Positions 13,050-25,740 of a DNA stretch of 64,000 bases are shown here, one piece after another. The stretch comes from Raillietiella orientalis (lineage: Eukaryota). The first letter of the stretch is position 1. Every line of letters starts with the position of its first letter. The DNA lies in the NCBI GenBank assembly GCA_036172245.1, contig JAYWIR010000006.1, positions 3,472,001 through 3,536,000 of the forward strand, given 5' to 3'. A model generated the notes under the pieces. It was not told where the DNA came from and made no database searches. It saw only the letters and a program-made list of their open reading frames with translations. The position numbers and the translations under genes were made by a program.

Positions 13050-13680
13050 CTGCTCAGTCAGCTCTTCTTCGCTGCTGGCCATGCTGGCAACACAGTGTCA
13101 AAGTAACTGGACATCACTGCTGCAACCCTGTCGCGGACGAATGCAAACTTAGTCGGCTGACACAAGCTAGAAAGGCACCACACTAACCGTGAATGAATCC
13201 GACAAAATCGATAGCTGCAGAGGATGAAGGTCGACGCAAGTTCGTTGCACATAGGTATCCAACGCAACGACGGGATTAGGATAATTTCCTAAGAGAGAGA
13301 GAACTCCAATACCCAAAGAATGGAAAATGCTATTCTTCCACAAGAGAATCTTCAGCGCTAAGCTTGGTGGCAAGGAATCCACATTCTTCAAGCACAAGCC
13401 TATCTATGAAAGAGTAGTAGAACATTCTAGTTACTGTCCGTTTTGCGGCAGAAGTGGCGTTGCGCTCCAGCTTGGCGTTCCTCAGCAGGCGAAGGTGGTC
13501 TCTCCCACAAGAGAACGCCATCATCGGTACAACAACAACGAACCGTTCGAGACCTTTCTCGAAGATCCGCTTCTCCCGTGACACGATCGCAACGACATGG
13601 CGAGCAGAAATTTCAAGGAATCACCACGCTCGCTCTCGTTCGAAAAGGAAAAGCTCCGTTCTTATCCTTTTCACCTCACC
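13050..13680 (+). mobile_element. RTE-like LINE RT C-terminal fossil
   Basis: Colinear remnants: GHAGNTV (YADD position), ANLVG, VD..LHIG, RFAAEV and AIIGTTTTNRSR (I.G.T..DR.RN-like). Confidence 0.45.
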
Positions 13681-14340
13681 TCGTCTTCCACGACATCCCT
13701 GGAGTCGTTTTTTCTGCATAGAAACGCAGGAGTCCATACGAGCAAAGAGGCATCTTTGATTTGCCTGCAGACAGTCGAAAGCCCCCCGTGTTCACAGCTA
13801 AAATGAGGTTCCGTCGAGGGGCTCTTGAAAGGGGCATTTTCCGTGCTCAGGAGCACTCCCAGAAAGCAGCCTTCAGCTAGAGAGAGAGAGGAAAGGAGAT
13901 GGAAAGAGACATCTAGTGTGCTTCCCATCATTCTGGATTGCGGTGATCTTTCCGAATCTTGAGGATGCAATTCCGAAGCAGAACTTTGTCGCAAACAATG
14001 GGGGGAACCTCTCGAAGGTCGGAAGGTCCCCCCGGCAAAAACGGCAGATCCATCTCCCGTCCGTCAGCAGTGAACGCTCTTCACGGGGCGAGGCTTCCCC
14101 GGTCACTAGCTAGGTGCCACGGGCCTTGAACTCTGACGTCTGCGCTCCGCAGCTGCCCTTCTTGCACTCGCCATGCGAAGGACTCCTCTTGAACTCCTTC
14201 GGCGCAAAGAATCACTTCGTCCTCACAAACTCGAAGGATTCGAGAAGGCTTTGCACCGGCAAGCGGTGTTCTTCGTGGAAGCACAGCAACAGTTGCTGTG
14301 CACATTCACAAGGCCACGAGAAACTGATGAGGTGATTACT

Positions 14341-14740
14341 TCATATTGCGAGTACATAAGAGCACATGTAGATGCAGTTGCATGTGTGAAGATCCATTCG
14401 TAATCCGCATACTGTACAGGCAGTACATGGAATATGAAAATTGCGTGTGCAGCTGCTCACGGTACATATGTCCACGAGGGGAAATTTCCTATAATTTTCC
14501 ATTTTCATATTTCTATAGCCATATATCTCTAGGCTCATGAGTATACAGTAAAGTACATAATACGCGTGTGCGTATACGCCTACAGCCGTCTGAATATAAG
14601 CCGAGGCACGGATGCCTCGAGTAAGTAGTCGTACATGCAGTACACCGAAACACTACAGTGCACTCATGCACAGAGATACACATTCTTATACATTCATCCA
14701 TTGATCATCATATGAATGCACACGTAGGTACATCTGCGTA
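14341..14740. repeat. Degenerate TACA/CATA/TGCA low-complexity tract
   Basis: Dense gtacat/gtatac/atacac/atgca motifs. Confidence 0.55.
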
Positions 14741-14936
14741 CAGGCCACTCGTTTGCATCCGCAACTTGGCGCTCCCTACGCCGAACATCGTCGTTCTGCT
14801 CATTCGCTCTTAATGTTGGTCTGTCACGGAAGGAACACGTGCGCTTTACACGAAAATGCTGTGTTCCGTCCGGAATGGCAGCGAAACACGGCCGTAACTC
14901 TTTGCGCAGCGGCAGTGGCACTCAGGAAGCACTTAC

Positions 14937-15101
14937 TTCTAAAAGGCCGGGGAGTGTTTCCGTGTTGTAAGCTTCAACCATGGCGTTGAAAGAATGAAGT
15001 TGTTGGACGTACGCGTTGTGGGCTTCGAAATAGGACGCCAAGTTCATGCTGTTGGAGTTGCTCTTCAAAGTTTCGAAGGCTTCGACATAAGAGGAGTAGC
15101 A
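14937..15101 (-). CDS. Internal coding exon of the F-BAR domain gene (second of three seen)
   Basis: Acceptor ctgtctcgcactttcag, donor gtaagt. 165 nt, phase 0-0, encoding CYSSYVEAFETLKSNSNSMNLASYFEAHNAYVQQLHSFNAMVEAYNTETLPGLLE. The HN.Y....N.....Y....LP.LL pattern is typical of F-BAR/FCH helices. This exon is absent from the supplied ORF track. Confidence 0.9.
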
Positions 15102-16799
15102 CTGAAAGTGCGAGACAGATTATTCATTCTGGACAATGTTTCGGAGACGAGGGTCGAGACGACCTTCGTCTTCGGGTTCTCTGGAACGCGCGCGAGATTC
15201 TGCGGAAAGCTTCAAGCTGTGAAGTCATCGCGAAAGACAGAAACGGTCAATAGTTCCAGACGGGAAACCCGTTTCAAATGACACTCCGAGAACTCCTGGT
15301 CAGCGCTTTTTTTTTTTCTCGTTTCCCCCCCCCCTCTTCCCCTTCTCGAGAGCAGAATACATGTCGAGAACACCGAGTGGAGGGCGGCACGAGGCCGAGT
15401 GTTTATCGAGAACGGGTGTTTTCCTGGATTTAATGAGAATGCTACGCACTCTCATCGAATCAGAAGGATTCCTGCTCAACGAGAGGACGCATTTCGAAAG
15501 GAATACTGCATATTCCCGGCTCCCATGGTCTCACGTTCTAGGAAAATTGATGCTCGACTGATAAGCGACGAAAGATGGGAGCACAGAGCCTCCATCCTTC
15601 CGCGTTGCCACTGCAGTACAGGTTGAATCGAAGAATGCTTCCAGGTCCCCGTCCTTTACAGGTCCTGCTTCCTGAAGGCGTGGGATATTCTAAATTCCTG
15701 TGGAGACCTGCTGAATGAGGGGATAAAGACTTCATTCCCGCATCCGAGGTCTTTTTCATTAGGTGATCTCAATCACTTTGCCCTGAGCAGTAATCAACTC
15801 AGCGTCTCTGACCATTTGAAGAAAGCAAGTACTTGTGCAGACTCTGAAGTACCTTTCCTGTTTACAAGCTAGGGTGAGGCTCCGTCAATGTTCAGGGCGC
15901 ACACAGTACACCCCATAACAATATTTCTAATATGCCACTCGCTCAAGTGGACACGCGAGTGCTCAAGGATTCAGGTGCCTTTCCTTAAGGATTTTGTGTT
16001 TTCCCACGGATCTCGATAGTGACCACTTGTGCCTGCTCCCCACGTGTTTTATTTCGACGCTTCGAGTTTGGAGATTCACTTACTAGGGGAACAAAGTGCT
16101 TTTTCGTCTTTGTTTCCATGGGAGCCTGAGGTCGGCAAGCTTGATGTTTTTCCTTGTCGCAGCTCCCTCGTTGTATCCTACTCGTAGTAACACGGAAAGA
16201 AGCTGACTGTGCTCCCATTAGAAGCTGACTGTGCTCAACAACAAACGCCGGCCTGATCTCCGGAGTGAAGTCGACTTCAAAGTGTGTGTCGTGGTCGCAG
16301 ACTGACCTTGTGTGACCTCCAGCAAAAGCATGCCCTCGGATTCTAGAACCTGATAGTATATGCTTTTCCCCCCCCCCCCCTTTCTTGCTTCTTGCGCATC
16401 AGAAAATGGACCTTTTCAGAAACAAGAACAGTCGCAAACACACACGAATGTCGCGACACCTAAAAACACGATTTCAAGATAGCCATCCTTCCGATTAGTA
16501 TCGAATATCGGTTTTGTTCCTTCCCTTGAGGGATTGTATTCCGTCTGGAAGGTCCGCACTCAGAGCAGTTGAGAGCAAGAGCGAGCAAGAAACTCGAATT
16601 CCATCCATAGCGTGCGGACTGCTGGTAGCCAGGGTCCAGGTCACCAGAGGCGAGATGCAGGCTCTCTATCTTTGCGAAAATCACGAGTGCGAATATGTAA
16701 TTGAAGTTCCACCGCCTGACGGAAAGGGTCACAGGAAGAATTGATAACCTTCGCTCCCTTCGCGTGACTGCAAAGCAAACGCAATCACCGGTTTAGAAC

Positions 16800-17285
16800 A
16801 GCTGAAGATCAGAACTTTTCAATTTAAGACTGGGACGGTGGAGGGAGAATCAGACTACAGAGGCTATCTGACCGGCAAGAGTCACATCAATTTCGCACTG
16901 CGATGTGTCCTTTCATTACTTCGAAAACGGATTACGAGGCTGCATTCAAGAGGGGCCTGGAATGCGCACGCTGGAAGCTGCATCTTGTTTTCGATCATGT
17001 CCTCCACGATGAGGGATGGAAGATCCATATAGCGGATCTCATGCCTTATGCTCTGAGACCTCGTATTTCGTTTGGGACGGGAGCCACCCCGTGGGTTCGT
17101 TTGCGGAAGAGGACTTCAATGCCGCGGCTGCTCCTACACGTTCCTGCGCCACATGACAGACGGTTCCGAGTCCTGCGTCATTCTCCTGATGCTGCATCAA
17201 TATTGGTCGCTTTTACATGGAGAGATTCACGATCGTGCTCATCCAATCATCTTCGTCTTGTCATTAGGACCGTGTGGAAAGACGG
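16800..17285 (+). mobile_element. LINE APE-type endonuclease fossil (RTE-like)
   Basis: Ordered motif remnants: LKIRTFQFKT (l+i.t+Nv+t), AGSCILF (GV.++), IADLMPYA (+..+YAP), FAEEDFNA (GDFNA) and FTWRDSRSCSSNHLRLVI (TW......+D++l). Confidence 0.6.
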
Positions 17286-18299
17286 AGAAATCTACCTTTT
17301 CTTGAGTGTTCTTGTGCTTGCAGAATCCGGCGTGGATGAGAACCGGGAGAATCCGAAAGGAAATTTTCGTTCCTCTCAATTTCTCGAAAGCTCCCAAAAG
17401 TATCCGATGAAACGGGAACCGGCAAGAACAATGAGGGGATAGGGAAATTACATCCCAAACGTATACATCTCACAGCACGTGTATAGATAAGCATGTATGT
17501 ATTTTGTAGCGATCAGAAACAACCGCCCTTCATTTCCACTTAACGGGAAAACGAATGCATGCGCGCGACCGATGTATTCTGTTCGTATTCTTCCTCTGGA
17601 GGACCCAATGGGTCCTTCCTCCGCACCTCCTCACCCAAATGACTCTGATTCTCTACATGAAATAGCGCTGCAAGCATAGAAAAATCGAGTCTCGATCTTG
17701 GAAAACCTTAACGAGCAGCATCAGAGACCAAGTAACGACCAGTTTTCAGCCCTCGAAAGTCTTGACCACTTCTTTATGCTATGCAGCCGTTTTCACAGCG
17801 AAATGTGCTTTACACGCTGCGTTGCGGTCGGTTTGATCACGCTTCTACGTCTGCTTAGAAGATGTAGATGACTAATTGATCTAGCCAAATTAGAGATGGA
17901 AAATAGTGCCTTTAGTCCATTGGTCAGATGATGATAGCATTGGGTCGGAATCGATTGATCAGACGGATCAAGCACTGATGAGATGATGATGTGTCCGATG
18001 ACTGAAAGGCTTGACAAATGCACGAGATGGAAGGAGGAATTCAAAACCTTACTATCTATTGGCCGCTGGAATACATTTTCCGTAACCATTCGATAGCGAT
18101 AATGGGGGTACGGATGTGACGGATGTATTCGGCGAGGCGCGAAAAAATGTCCGAGGTCTCAGAACATCGGCACTTCGGAGAAGCCATTCCCAGCTTAAAA
18201 CTCTAATCAAATTGATCGCTTTCTGAAGAGTTCTAGGGATTCAAAGTTTTTCCTTCTCCGATTTCATAAATTTTCCGATAAGCAATGAAAGGTTTTTCC

Positions 18300-19060
18300 T
18301 TCGCAAATCTTTTCCTGGCGGGAGAAAGAGGCATCGGGCAACCACTTCCGGTTCCCGCCGAATGGTGCGGCTCTCTTCAGCCCGAGAGTTTCAGAAAACG
18401 CGCGGGCAAGACCGGAAACAGCAGTGTGCACGATCGGTTTCCAGCAGCCCCGGAGAAATTCTGTTCCTACGTATACGATGAAGATGATGTCTTCGGTGTA
18501 GAGGGAGGTGGGCGTTGCTGCACGAAGATGGCCGTTCCGTTCGGCTTGTCCGTTCAAATCGAAAGCGGCGAGACCACGGCAGCAGCGCGTGCAGGGAAGG
18601 TCTCCTTCCGAAGAGGGAGATTCCCCAAACGGGAATGTCCACGCGAGTCTCATTGTGCATGAGGTCACACGCGAATTCTTCAGCAAACCAATGCAAACGA
18701 GGGCCCAGCGAGTCCGGTTGGAAAACGGCTGCGCGGATGAGGCGAATTATGTTCGTTAATGGGTTATGGTGGCAGAGATTGAAAACACGGCGCTGCATCG
18801 CCGCAACTCTTGAGCTGAAATTGTCTTCCGAAGGAGACACATAGGAAGGGACGAATTCTCCCTCTTCGAGCGACTCGCAAGCGCGGGTCCAGCAGCACGA
18901 GCAGGAGGTCTCCAGCCGGCAGCATCCGCCCCTCTCCTACCAAAGCAGCTTCCTGGACACGAAATGCAGGATCGCCGTGAGGATTCCTCGAGGGAGAAGA
19001 CGTTTAGTAACCTGAAGCTGCTCTCTCTCCAGGGCAACTTTGCCTATTCTCATCGCTGCT
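18300..19060 (-). mobile_element. LINE reverse transcriptase fossil
   Basis: GILTAILH, AGWRPPAR (Q.GFR.gR), NIIRLIRA, SEGDLP (RQGD.L) and TSLYTEDIIFI (L.YADDI) occur in the expected order. Confidence 0.55.
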
Positions 19061-20649
19061 CACGGACTGCGGTCTACCGCTGTGCTCTCGGGAGGTGGGG
19101 GAAAGTTCGCAGCAACACTCGGAGCTATCGGAATCTGGAGATCTCCACTTCATCTTCACGTTCCGGAATCTCCCATGCACTCGTCCTGACGGTAACGGTT
19201 GACATTTGGAACAGACTCAGGAAGCAAAAGAGAACTTCGAATGCTTCTGGACTCGTCAGCTTCTGGAGGTGAAGCCATTTCTCAGGAATGCCGAGAGAGG
19301 CAAAAAGGGAGAAAATGCCGAGCGTTCTTTTCTACCGTGCACTCAGAGATCCTCATTTGAGCTCTTGAAGGTGCTCCGCAAGGTTTTCTTTCTCCTTCGA
19401 TTTTTTTTTTTTTTTTTTTTCTAGGTACTCCGGGCGTTTTTTCGAAACGCCTGCTTGCATATTTCCATTTTCATGGGGAATGCCGTACTGCTCCGTCTTT
19501 GAGGATGATCAGTAATCGATAATTAAAAATGAAGTTCCTCTAAATGATTTGAATGAATGCCATTCCTCCCCCCCTCCCCTTCTGGAGCTCAACAGAGCAT
19601 CTGGAATAGTGAAAATGGAAGGCCCACGAGCCATTCTTGATCATGAGGAGTGGGCATTCCCAGCACCTTGAGGAATTCCCGACCCGCACGGCTGCTCCCA
19701 ATCATGAGTTGTCTTCTGAACGCTCACGACAGTGATGCTTTGTGAGCGTCTACGAATCTCCGTGAACTCCCCAGAGGATTGCCGATCCCAGAAAAAGAGG
19801 CGGCTCTGGTTGGTTTCTTTATGGAAACTTCGAGAGACCTCTTTTGTTCTCCTGAGGTGCCTCAGTTTCAGAGCAGCCACACGTCGAGGGAGCGACAGAG
19901 CCACCTGGGAACCAAGGCACACACAAACCGGAAAGAAAAGAGAGGAAGACATCATCCCTAGGCGCTCTTCTATTTCTCTCTGAGTCACGGGAAGTCAAGA
20001 AACTCGAAGAGGTTTGCGAGTTGGACCTAAGGTGGAAGCACTTCTTTTCCTTTCATTCGATTCATCGAATGAAAGGTCAAGTGGTCGTCGATGGTCGTCG
20101 ATCTTCAGGGCACGGAATCACTGCAGTGGCGACTTCCCTTTGCATTTTGAGGCAAACACAGGAAAGCGTGCGTTCCCGTTCTGTACCTGCGTCTGCCATA
20201 TAATCTCTAGGGTAGCGAAAACGGCCCAGCCTGCAAGTCGAGGTTCCTCGACTTCATTTGCTTCCAAGACCTTTGGCTTTTGGTGCTTTGGAAGCTGGAT
20301 GTAGCGGCGGATACGCGTGCGAAGCAAGACCTGTGCACGTGTTGTCCATGCACGCTTTTTTTTTTTTCTTCCTTTTTTTGCTGACCGCGATAAAATACTG
20401 TTGAGAAAACTCGGAAGCTCCGAAAACTCGTTCGGAGGTCCCGGCCACTCGTGGAGAAACTCAATTTCCAGTGCATCACGTGGCCACGTGTCTTCCGCCA
20501 GCTCTCCGACGATGGATCCATCATGGATCTTTCCTTTCAGTTACGTCTCTTGATCGACTTCGCCATAAGGGACTCCTGAGCGTCTCTTTTCGAGCGAGCC
20601 ATTTGACTTCGTCTCGGAGCCCTCGCGCAACGTGCTGATCGACCTTCAG

Positions 20650-21320
20650 GTGCTTCCCCCCGACGCCTTAGTCGGAGGGCTCGTTCTTCCAGGCGCTCCC
20701 GTCCCTTCGACCCTATGCGCGGACTTCGGAGGCATCCTCCCTGAAGAATAAGGATTCGGAGGTGACACGACCTTGTCCTTTCCCTTCAAGAAAGCCACCA
20801 GACGGCCCCCCTGCCTCGTTCTCGCTCCAATCTGCTGAAGGGATAACAATATTCGTCATCCCTCGAGAGATCTAATTTTGTTTTTTCAATTAATAGAGCA
20901 CGTCTAATCTTCCTCTAAACCTTCTTAATGATCTCGAAAGTTGCTCTAAAAGAGGGATCACGTGACGGAAGGGGTTTTGCTCACAGCCCTGCCCAGTTAC
21001 TGCATCTCCTTTGCCGCTAACTTGTTCGGTGGAATTCATCGGCCTCTCTCATCTCCCCCTCCCGGGATCGTGGGATCCGAAGTTCAGGACGAATTCGACG
21101 CGTTCCAAATCCTTTGCCGAAGGTTTCCCCTGCCTTCGGCGGGGGTGGTGGATGCTCCTAGGAGGGTGCTCCGCGAGCCCAGCGAGTCATTCCTTCCAGG
21201 TGAGTTCCCCTCGCCCACCCAGGACGGCCTACGTTTCCCTGCGATCCGACCTCCTGGCTGATTCCAAACGTTCGAAAATGTGCTCCAGGAACGACAGGGA
21301 AGGAGCACCGTTGGGTTAGT
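20650..21320 (-). mobile_element. CR1/L2/Jockey-like LINE RT fossil
   Basis: SLSFLEHIFER (~21270), SAKDLERV (KAFD.V-like, ~21110) and LVAFLKGKDKVV (W+..FL..R.q.V-like, ~20790). Confidence 0.5.
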
Positions 21321-21849
21321 CCTCATAGGTTCCACCTCTCTTCCGAGAGAAAGGAGTCGCTTTTCTCCAGCTTACTGCATGGGTATTCAGGATCGGTTTC
21401 CAAGGCGCGCGCGCCGGTCTCCAAAACGTGGGACAACATGCGAATAAGCACCATAAATTCCTGTGAGCGTCATTTTTTTCCGAAAGGGAGTCTCAAGCTT
21501 GACCTCTTTTCTGGCGCAGCTAGTGGAGTGGGATCTGCTGCTGCTCAGCACTACAATGGGATAACGGAAACGAAGGAAACCAGCATCTGTATCCTTATCC
21601 ACGTCCACATCATGGAAACTGAAAGCTGCCACCCTCTGAAGCTCTGTCCCGGATGCTGTGCATTTTCTTTGTTCTTTTTTTTTTCCATTCCTGGCCTCCT
21701 CGGAGCGTCAAAAAAACTCCGCGACGGACTGCGTGCTTCCCAACGAGGGTGACTGTGAGCTTTTGCCTGGTGACGCTGCTTGGAGGCAGCTTGCTAGGAC
21801 ATACGCCCTGATGTTTGGAGAGGCCGCTGGGACGCCTTTGTCTATGCTA

Positions 21850-22100
21850 TCAGAGTCGTGAGTCTCATCACCAAATTCACCAAACGCTCATCCTGCCCAA
21901 ACGCTGTTTCTCTCTCTCAGGAGAAGATGCCCCAGCAGAATTTCCTTCCTTTCCTTCCGGTGCATGTCTGACTCGAGCTCCATCGAGAATTGTGGGGCGT
22001 CATCCAAGGGCCAAACTATCTATGAGTCTCTCGATGCCAACTCGAAGCCCTTTGAGACTTCTTGTGGTGGCCTCTGCAGCCGAGGCAAATTTCCGGTTCT
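21850..22100 (+). mobile_element. Tc1-like transposase C-terminal fossil
   Basis: gactcgagctccatcgagaattgtggggcgtcatc reads D.s.IEN(L)WGVI with a 1-nt frameshift, matching SPDLNPIENLW. Confidence 0.45.
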
Positions 22101-22589
22101 CTAGGGATGATGATGGGTTCGCTACCGGGCTACACAGGCAGATGGAGGGAAAATGGACAAGGGAGAAGGGAAGCGCGGGTGATTACGCTTCGATGCGTTT
22201 CAGCTCCGTATGAACGGGGCTTTCCGTCTCGAAAAGAAGAAAAGAAAAGGAAAAAAAAAAAAAGCAAGAAAGAAAAGAAGGAGGGAAAGGGATCGAAATT
22301 GTCCTTGTCACCAGATTTATTCTTTTTGGTATCCATGATACGTCCGAACGTATTCCCAAGAACCCAAAGGAGCGAGTCAATGAGCAAGGAGTGAGCTTCC
22401 ATCAAAGATTGCACTGGCTGGGCGGCGTCTTTGAACTGGGCTAGGGAATTTTCCTGTTATTGCGATGGTCATTTGTTCTGAGTCCTGAGCTTTCCTGTGG
22501 CGATAATCACTTTGATCATCTTGCCTATCGTGAATGCTTCCTCGGGACTTCCCCGTCGAACTGCCTATCATTCTCAGAAGCACCTTCTG

Positions 22590-22870
22590 GCAGCATGTGC
22601 AGGGACTGGGAACTCGGTCCAGATGTGTTGACGCCTAAAGGAGAGGAGCGGAAACTACGCAGGATGCTCCGCATGGGTCACCCGGAGTTCACGTTCGTCG
22701 AGGAGGCGCTCTGACTCCCGGGAAGGCCAGAGGGCCTCTCTACCTGGGCTGGGACGTCGTCCCGGTCGCATGGACAGCGATCGCACCTGCAAGGATGCCT
22801 TGAGCTTCCTGACGTTCTCTCCAATGGAGGGAGGGAAGGAGCGCAGGAAGATTAGCGACGGAAGTCCCGG
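22590..22870 (+). mobile_element. RTE-like LINE ORF2 3' end fossil
   Basis: CRDWEL...EERKLRRMLRM...EEAL is followed by W.g....RMDSDRTCKDAL, matching the RTE C-terminal E.W...LRRIL.I.W and L.W.GHV.RM...R..K pattern. Confidence 0.55.
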
Positions 22871-23284
22871 ACGGAGCAAACCACAAAGTGCCTGTTCTTG
22901 AACGCCTGTGTGGAGGGGACGCGACGGAAAATCCGCAGAGTTGCACTGCTGCCTCCGGCTGGACTGAGGGGCTTCCCTACGATCCGATGGAGTCCCTTCC
23001 CCGGGAAAAAACGGGTCCAGCTCAGCGGGGCCAGCGGGCTCAGCGGGGGCTCAGCAAGCGGGCCAGACTAGGTAGAATGGGCCGCAAAACAGTTAGCCAC
23101 ATTCCACCTCGAGTCCATGGGCACAGGAAGCCGTTCGAGGTGGACGTGATCGATCTAGTCTCTCATCCCGACTTCCCAGGCAACGAGTTGCTCTTAGAGC
23201 TGCTGATGCGAGCTCACTGGCCAGCTCCCAGATGAGTTCCTTTCGACCTGGGAGTCATCCAGATGAAATAAAGGGTCCGCTAAG

Positions 23285-24052
23285 TGGTTCTCAAAGTGCT
23301 GAAGAACCATTCGCCTCCTTAAGGAGGGTTCACGAAGCTCTTTCACACTGTTCATGTCATCCGCGAATGTGTGTCACTCTTCAATTTAGGGAGCAACTCC
23401 GGAAGAACCACCCTATGAATCCAGGAAGACTCCAGAGGAAAAAATTTGTTCCTCCTACTCCTGGTAGGAAAACCCCGAAGATAACCTCTCCCTTGTTCTC
23501 TCCGGAGGGGTCCCCTCGTTTGCGGAAGTCACTCACTCTTTGTTTCTTCTCGGAAGCAACCCAGAAAGGACCCGATCCTTGTTCCTCCTTTGAAGAGAAC
23601 TCCAAATGGATGCTTCCCAATTTCTCTGAAGGGCGCTCCCCGAAGGGCTCAGAGCACTTCTTACACTGGAGAGGCATCCCTTCGAAGGAGGCATCAATGA
23701 GCTCCTTGGCACGCAGCTCCATTTTCACAACCGTAGAAAAAATCGATTCCTCGATTCCTGGAAGGACCCCGGAGGGATCCTCTGGTTGGGCGCGTCCGTC
23801 TCGAGACTCGAGATCGGAAGCTTACCCTCCGGTCAGCTTCCAATCCCGGCCAGTCATCGAGGGCATTCGAGGGTTTCCGACTGCTTCCACCAGTGCCGCA
23901 CCGGAAGCCAACCAGCGTTATCCTGTCCTGCGGGGCCACGATGCCCCCTCCCTCCCCTTCCTCATTCTGGGCATCGGTCCGTACTCGGGCAGGATTCGAC
24001 CCCGCAACGTTTGGTGCAACGCTGCGGAGATCGCAGCCACACCAACGCAGGC
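23285..24052 (-). mobile_element. tRNA-derived SINE, copy B
   Basis: 5' end gcctgcgttggtg, B-box-like ggggtcgaatcc. The body and 3' end (gttgctcccta..ttgaagagtgaca...cttcagcactttgagaacc) align with 52001-52724. Confidence 0.8.
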
Positions 24053-24248
24053 CATGAAGTGAAGGGCGTTCCATACGAACCGTCAGTGCTGGGAGCTGAG
24101 CGAAGCACGAGTGGCCTCTCACCTCACTGTGGGAAGCAAACGCGGGCGTGTCCCGAACCGGGTAACGCAAGTTAAGAGGAGCAAAGAAGCTTTTCTCGGC
24201 TTCGATCAAGGCAACAGCAAAAAAAGCGTTGTTGAATTGTTTGCTCAC

Positions 24249-24471
24249 TTTCTCCAGCATTTCCTCCGTCTTGCTGATGATGGACACGAATTTCTCCCGG
24301 TGGGAAAAGGCCTTCCTTAATTCGATTTTCCACGGAACTGCTCTTTCGGCCAGGACGCGAGCCACTTTTCTCGAAAGCACCACAGATGTATCACTGAGTG
24401 CTTGACTATCCACTTCCACCTCTTGCAGAAGCACCTCCCATGCAGCAAACAGGGTGCTCGGATATGAAGAT
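24249..24471 (-). CDS. Internal coding exon of the F-BAR domain gene (first of three seen; resembles arthropod F-BAR+SH2 EGFR-adapter-like proteins)
   Basis: A long T-tract precedes acceptor gttctttcag; donor gtgagc. 223 nt, phase 2-0, encoding xSSYPSTLFAAWEVLLQEVEVDSQALSDTSVVLSRKVARVLAERAVPWKIELRKAFSHREKFVSIISKTEEMLEK. The stl..AW..ll.E.e motif is characteristic of FCH/F-BAR domains. Confidence 0.9.
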
Positions 24472-25529
24472 CTGAAAGAACAGCATGGAAAACATGGGAA
24501 AAAAAAAAAATGAACAACGATTTGCCCCTGTGGAGCCGTCCCGTTCCCTTTTCCAACCGTCCATCCAGCGAAATGTGCCCACTCTCCTTGTGTCGGAAAC
24601 CGCCAGAGGTTCAGAACAGGCAGCCGAACGCACCGAACGGGGGTGGCGAGCGGCTCGCACTCGTAGGACGTGGGGCCCGCTCCCTACCTTGGAACAAACT
24701 CCCTCTCTACGAAGCTTGCTGAGGTCAAAACTTGCGATGAAAACATCCGCTTCCGCAGTAGCTTGCGGTCCTGCGCTTGCTTCAAGTGAGAACTAGGAGC
24801 TTGAAAGCATGTGCGAGACGTACACTGACATTCGTGTACTTTGTGGAGCTTCCTCGCCTCAGGCCTTCGAACGCGACGTTTCCAGCCTGTGAAAGCAGCG
24901 TCCCGCGAAAGCTTTGGATTTCAGCAGCGGGAAGAGGAGAACATTGGGCGATAAACACCGGGAGTTTTTCGTCCTGTCTGGACTCGGGAAGTTTCCTTGT
25001 GGAAAAAGGCGGCGGGCGGGAAAAGCGGCACGCCGTGGTGGCTGTTGCGGCTGCAAGAAAATGAGACTCGGGGAGTCGTCTTCCCAGGGCAGAGGCGGAG
25101 TTCGAAAGCACTGCCGACACCCGGAGCAACCGACTGCCAAGTTTCCTCCAGAGATGCAATCTCCTCCGCTTCCCCTCAGTGATTGTCCTGTTTCCTGTTT
25201 TATGAGCGCAATTGTTGATCAACAAAGGGAGATGATTTTCCCATCTCTTTTGTTCATTACCCTTCGGCCCCATTTCCAGAGCTGACAACTCGAGAAAGAT
25301 GGCTCACATGATAGTAGGGCAGTGGAATTAGGGGGCATCGATACAGCATTCGAGGAGCGAAAGGGGGGGGGAGGGGGGAAAGGCCATTACACAGACTCTG
25401 AATTTAATTTGTGTTTAAATCTGTGACCCAAAGAGCCGATTCCTTAAACGGACTGTAGTCCCCCGCATTTCTGGAGCGGTCCTGCGGCCCATAGCGACAA
25501 CAGGGTTACCCACGGCTGCGGCTCTGGAG

Positions 25530-25740
25530 GAGCAAAGGATCGCATTTCGTGTTGAGAGGTTCCGGCAACCCCACAATCGATAAAAAATCGGACGAGACCC
25601 TGGTGTGCATTCCAATGGGACAGCGTTATCCCCTACGAAACATCTTGAACAACGGGAATTTGCTCCTTTGGAACTCCGTCGTGTCATTAATGGCGCCTGC
25701 CGTCCTGCGAAACAGCTACTGAACAAATGAATTAACCTCA
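25530..25740 (-). mobile_element. Tc1/mariner-like transposase catalytic-domain fossil
   Basis: SQDGRRH (QQDGA..H-like) is followed at the expected spacing by CTPGSRPIFYRLWG (PP.SPD...DF+LWG-like). Confidence 0.45.

Noticed and set aside
16514..16744. Cys motif YLCENHECEY suggesting a zinc-binding protein
   Set aside because: A short ORF without splice support, directly upstream of a LINE endonuclease fossil.
24820..24890. Candidate upstream F-BAR exon containing STKYT
   Set aside because: The donor phase is incompatible with the phase-2 acceptor at 24471 and the surrounding residues do not fit.
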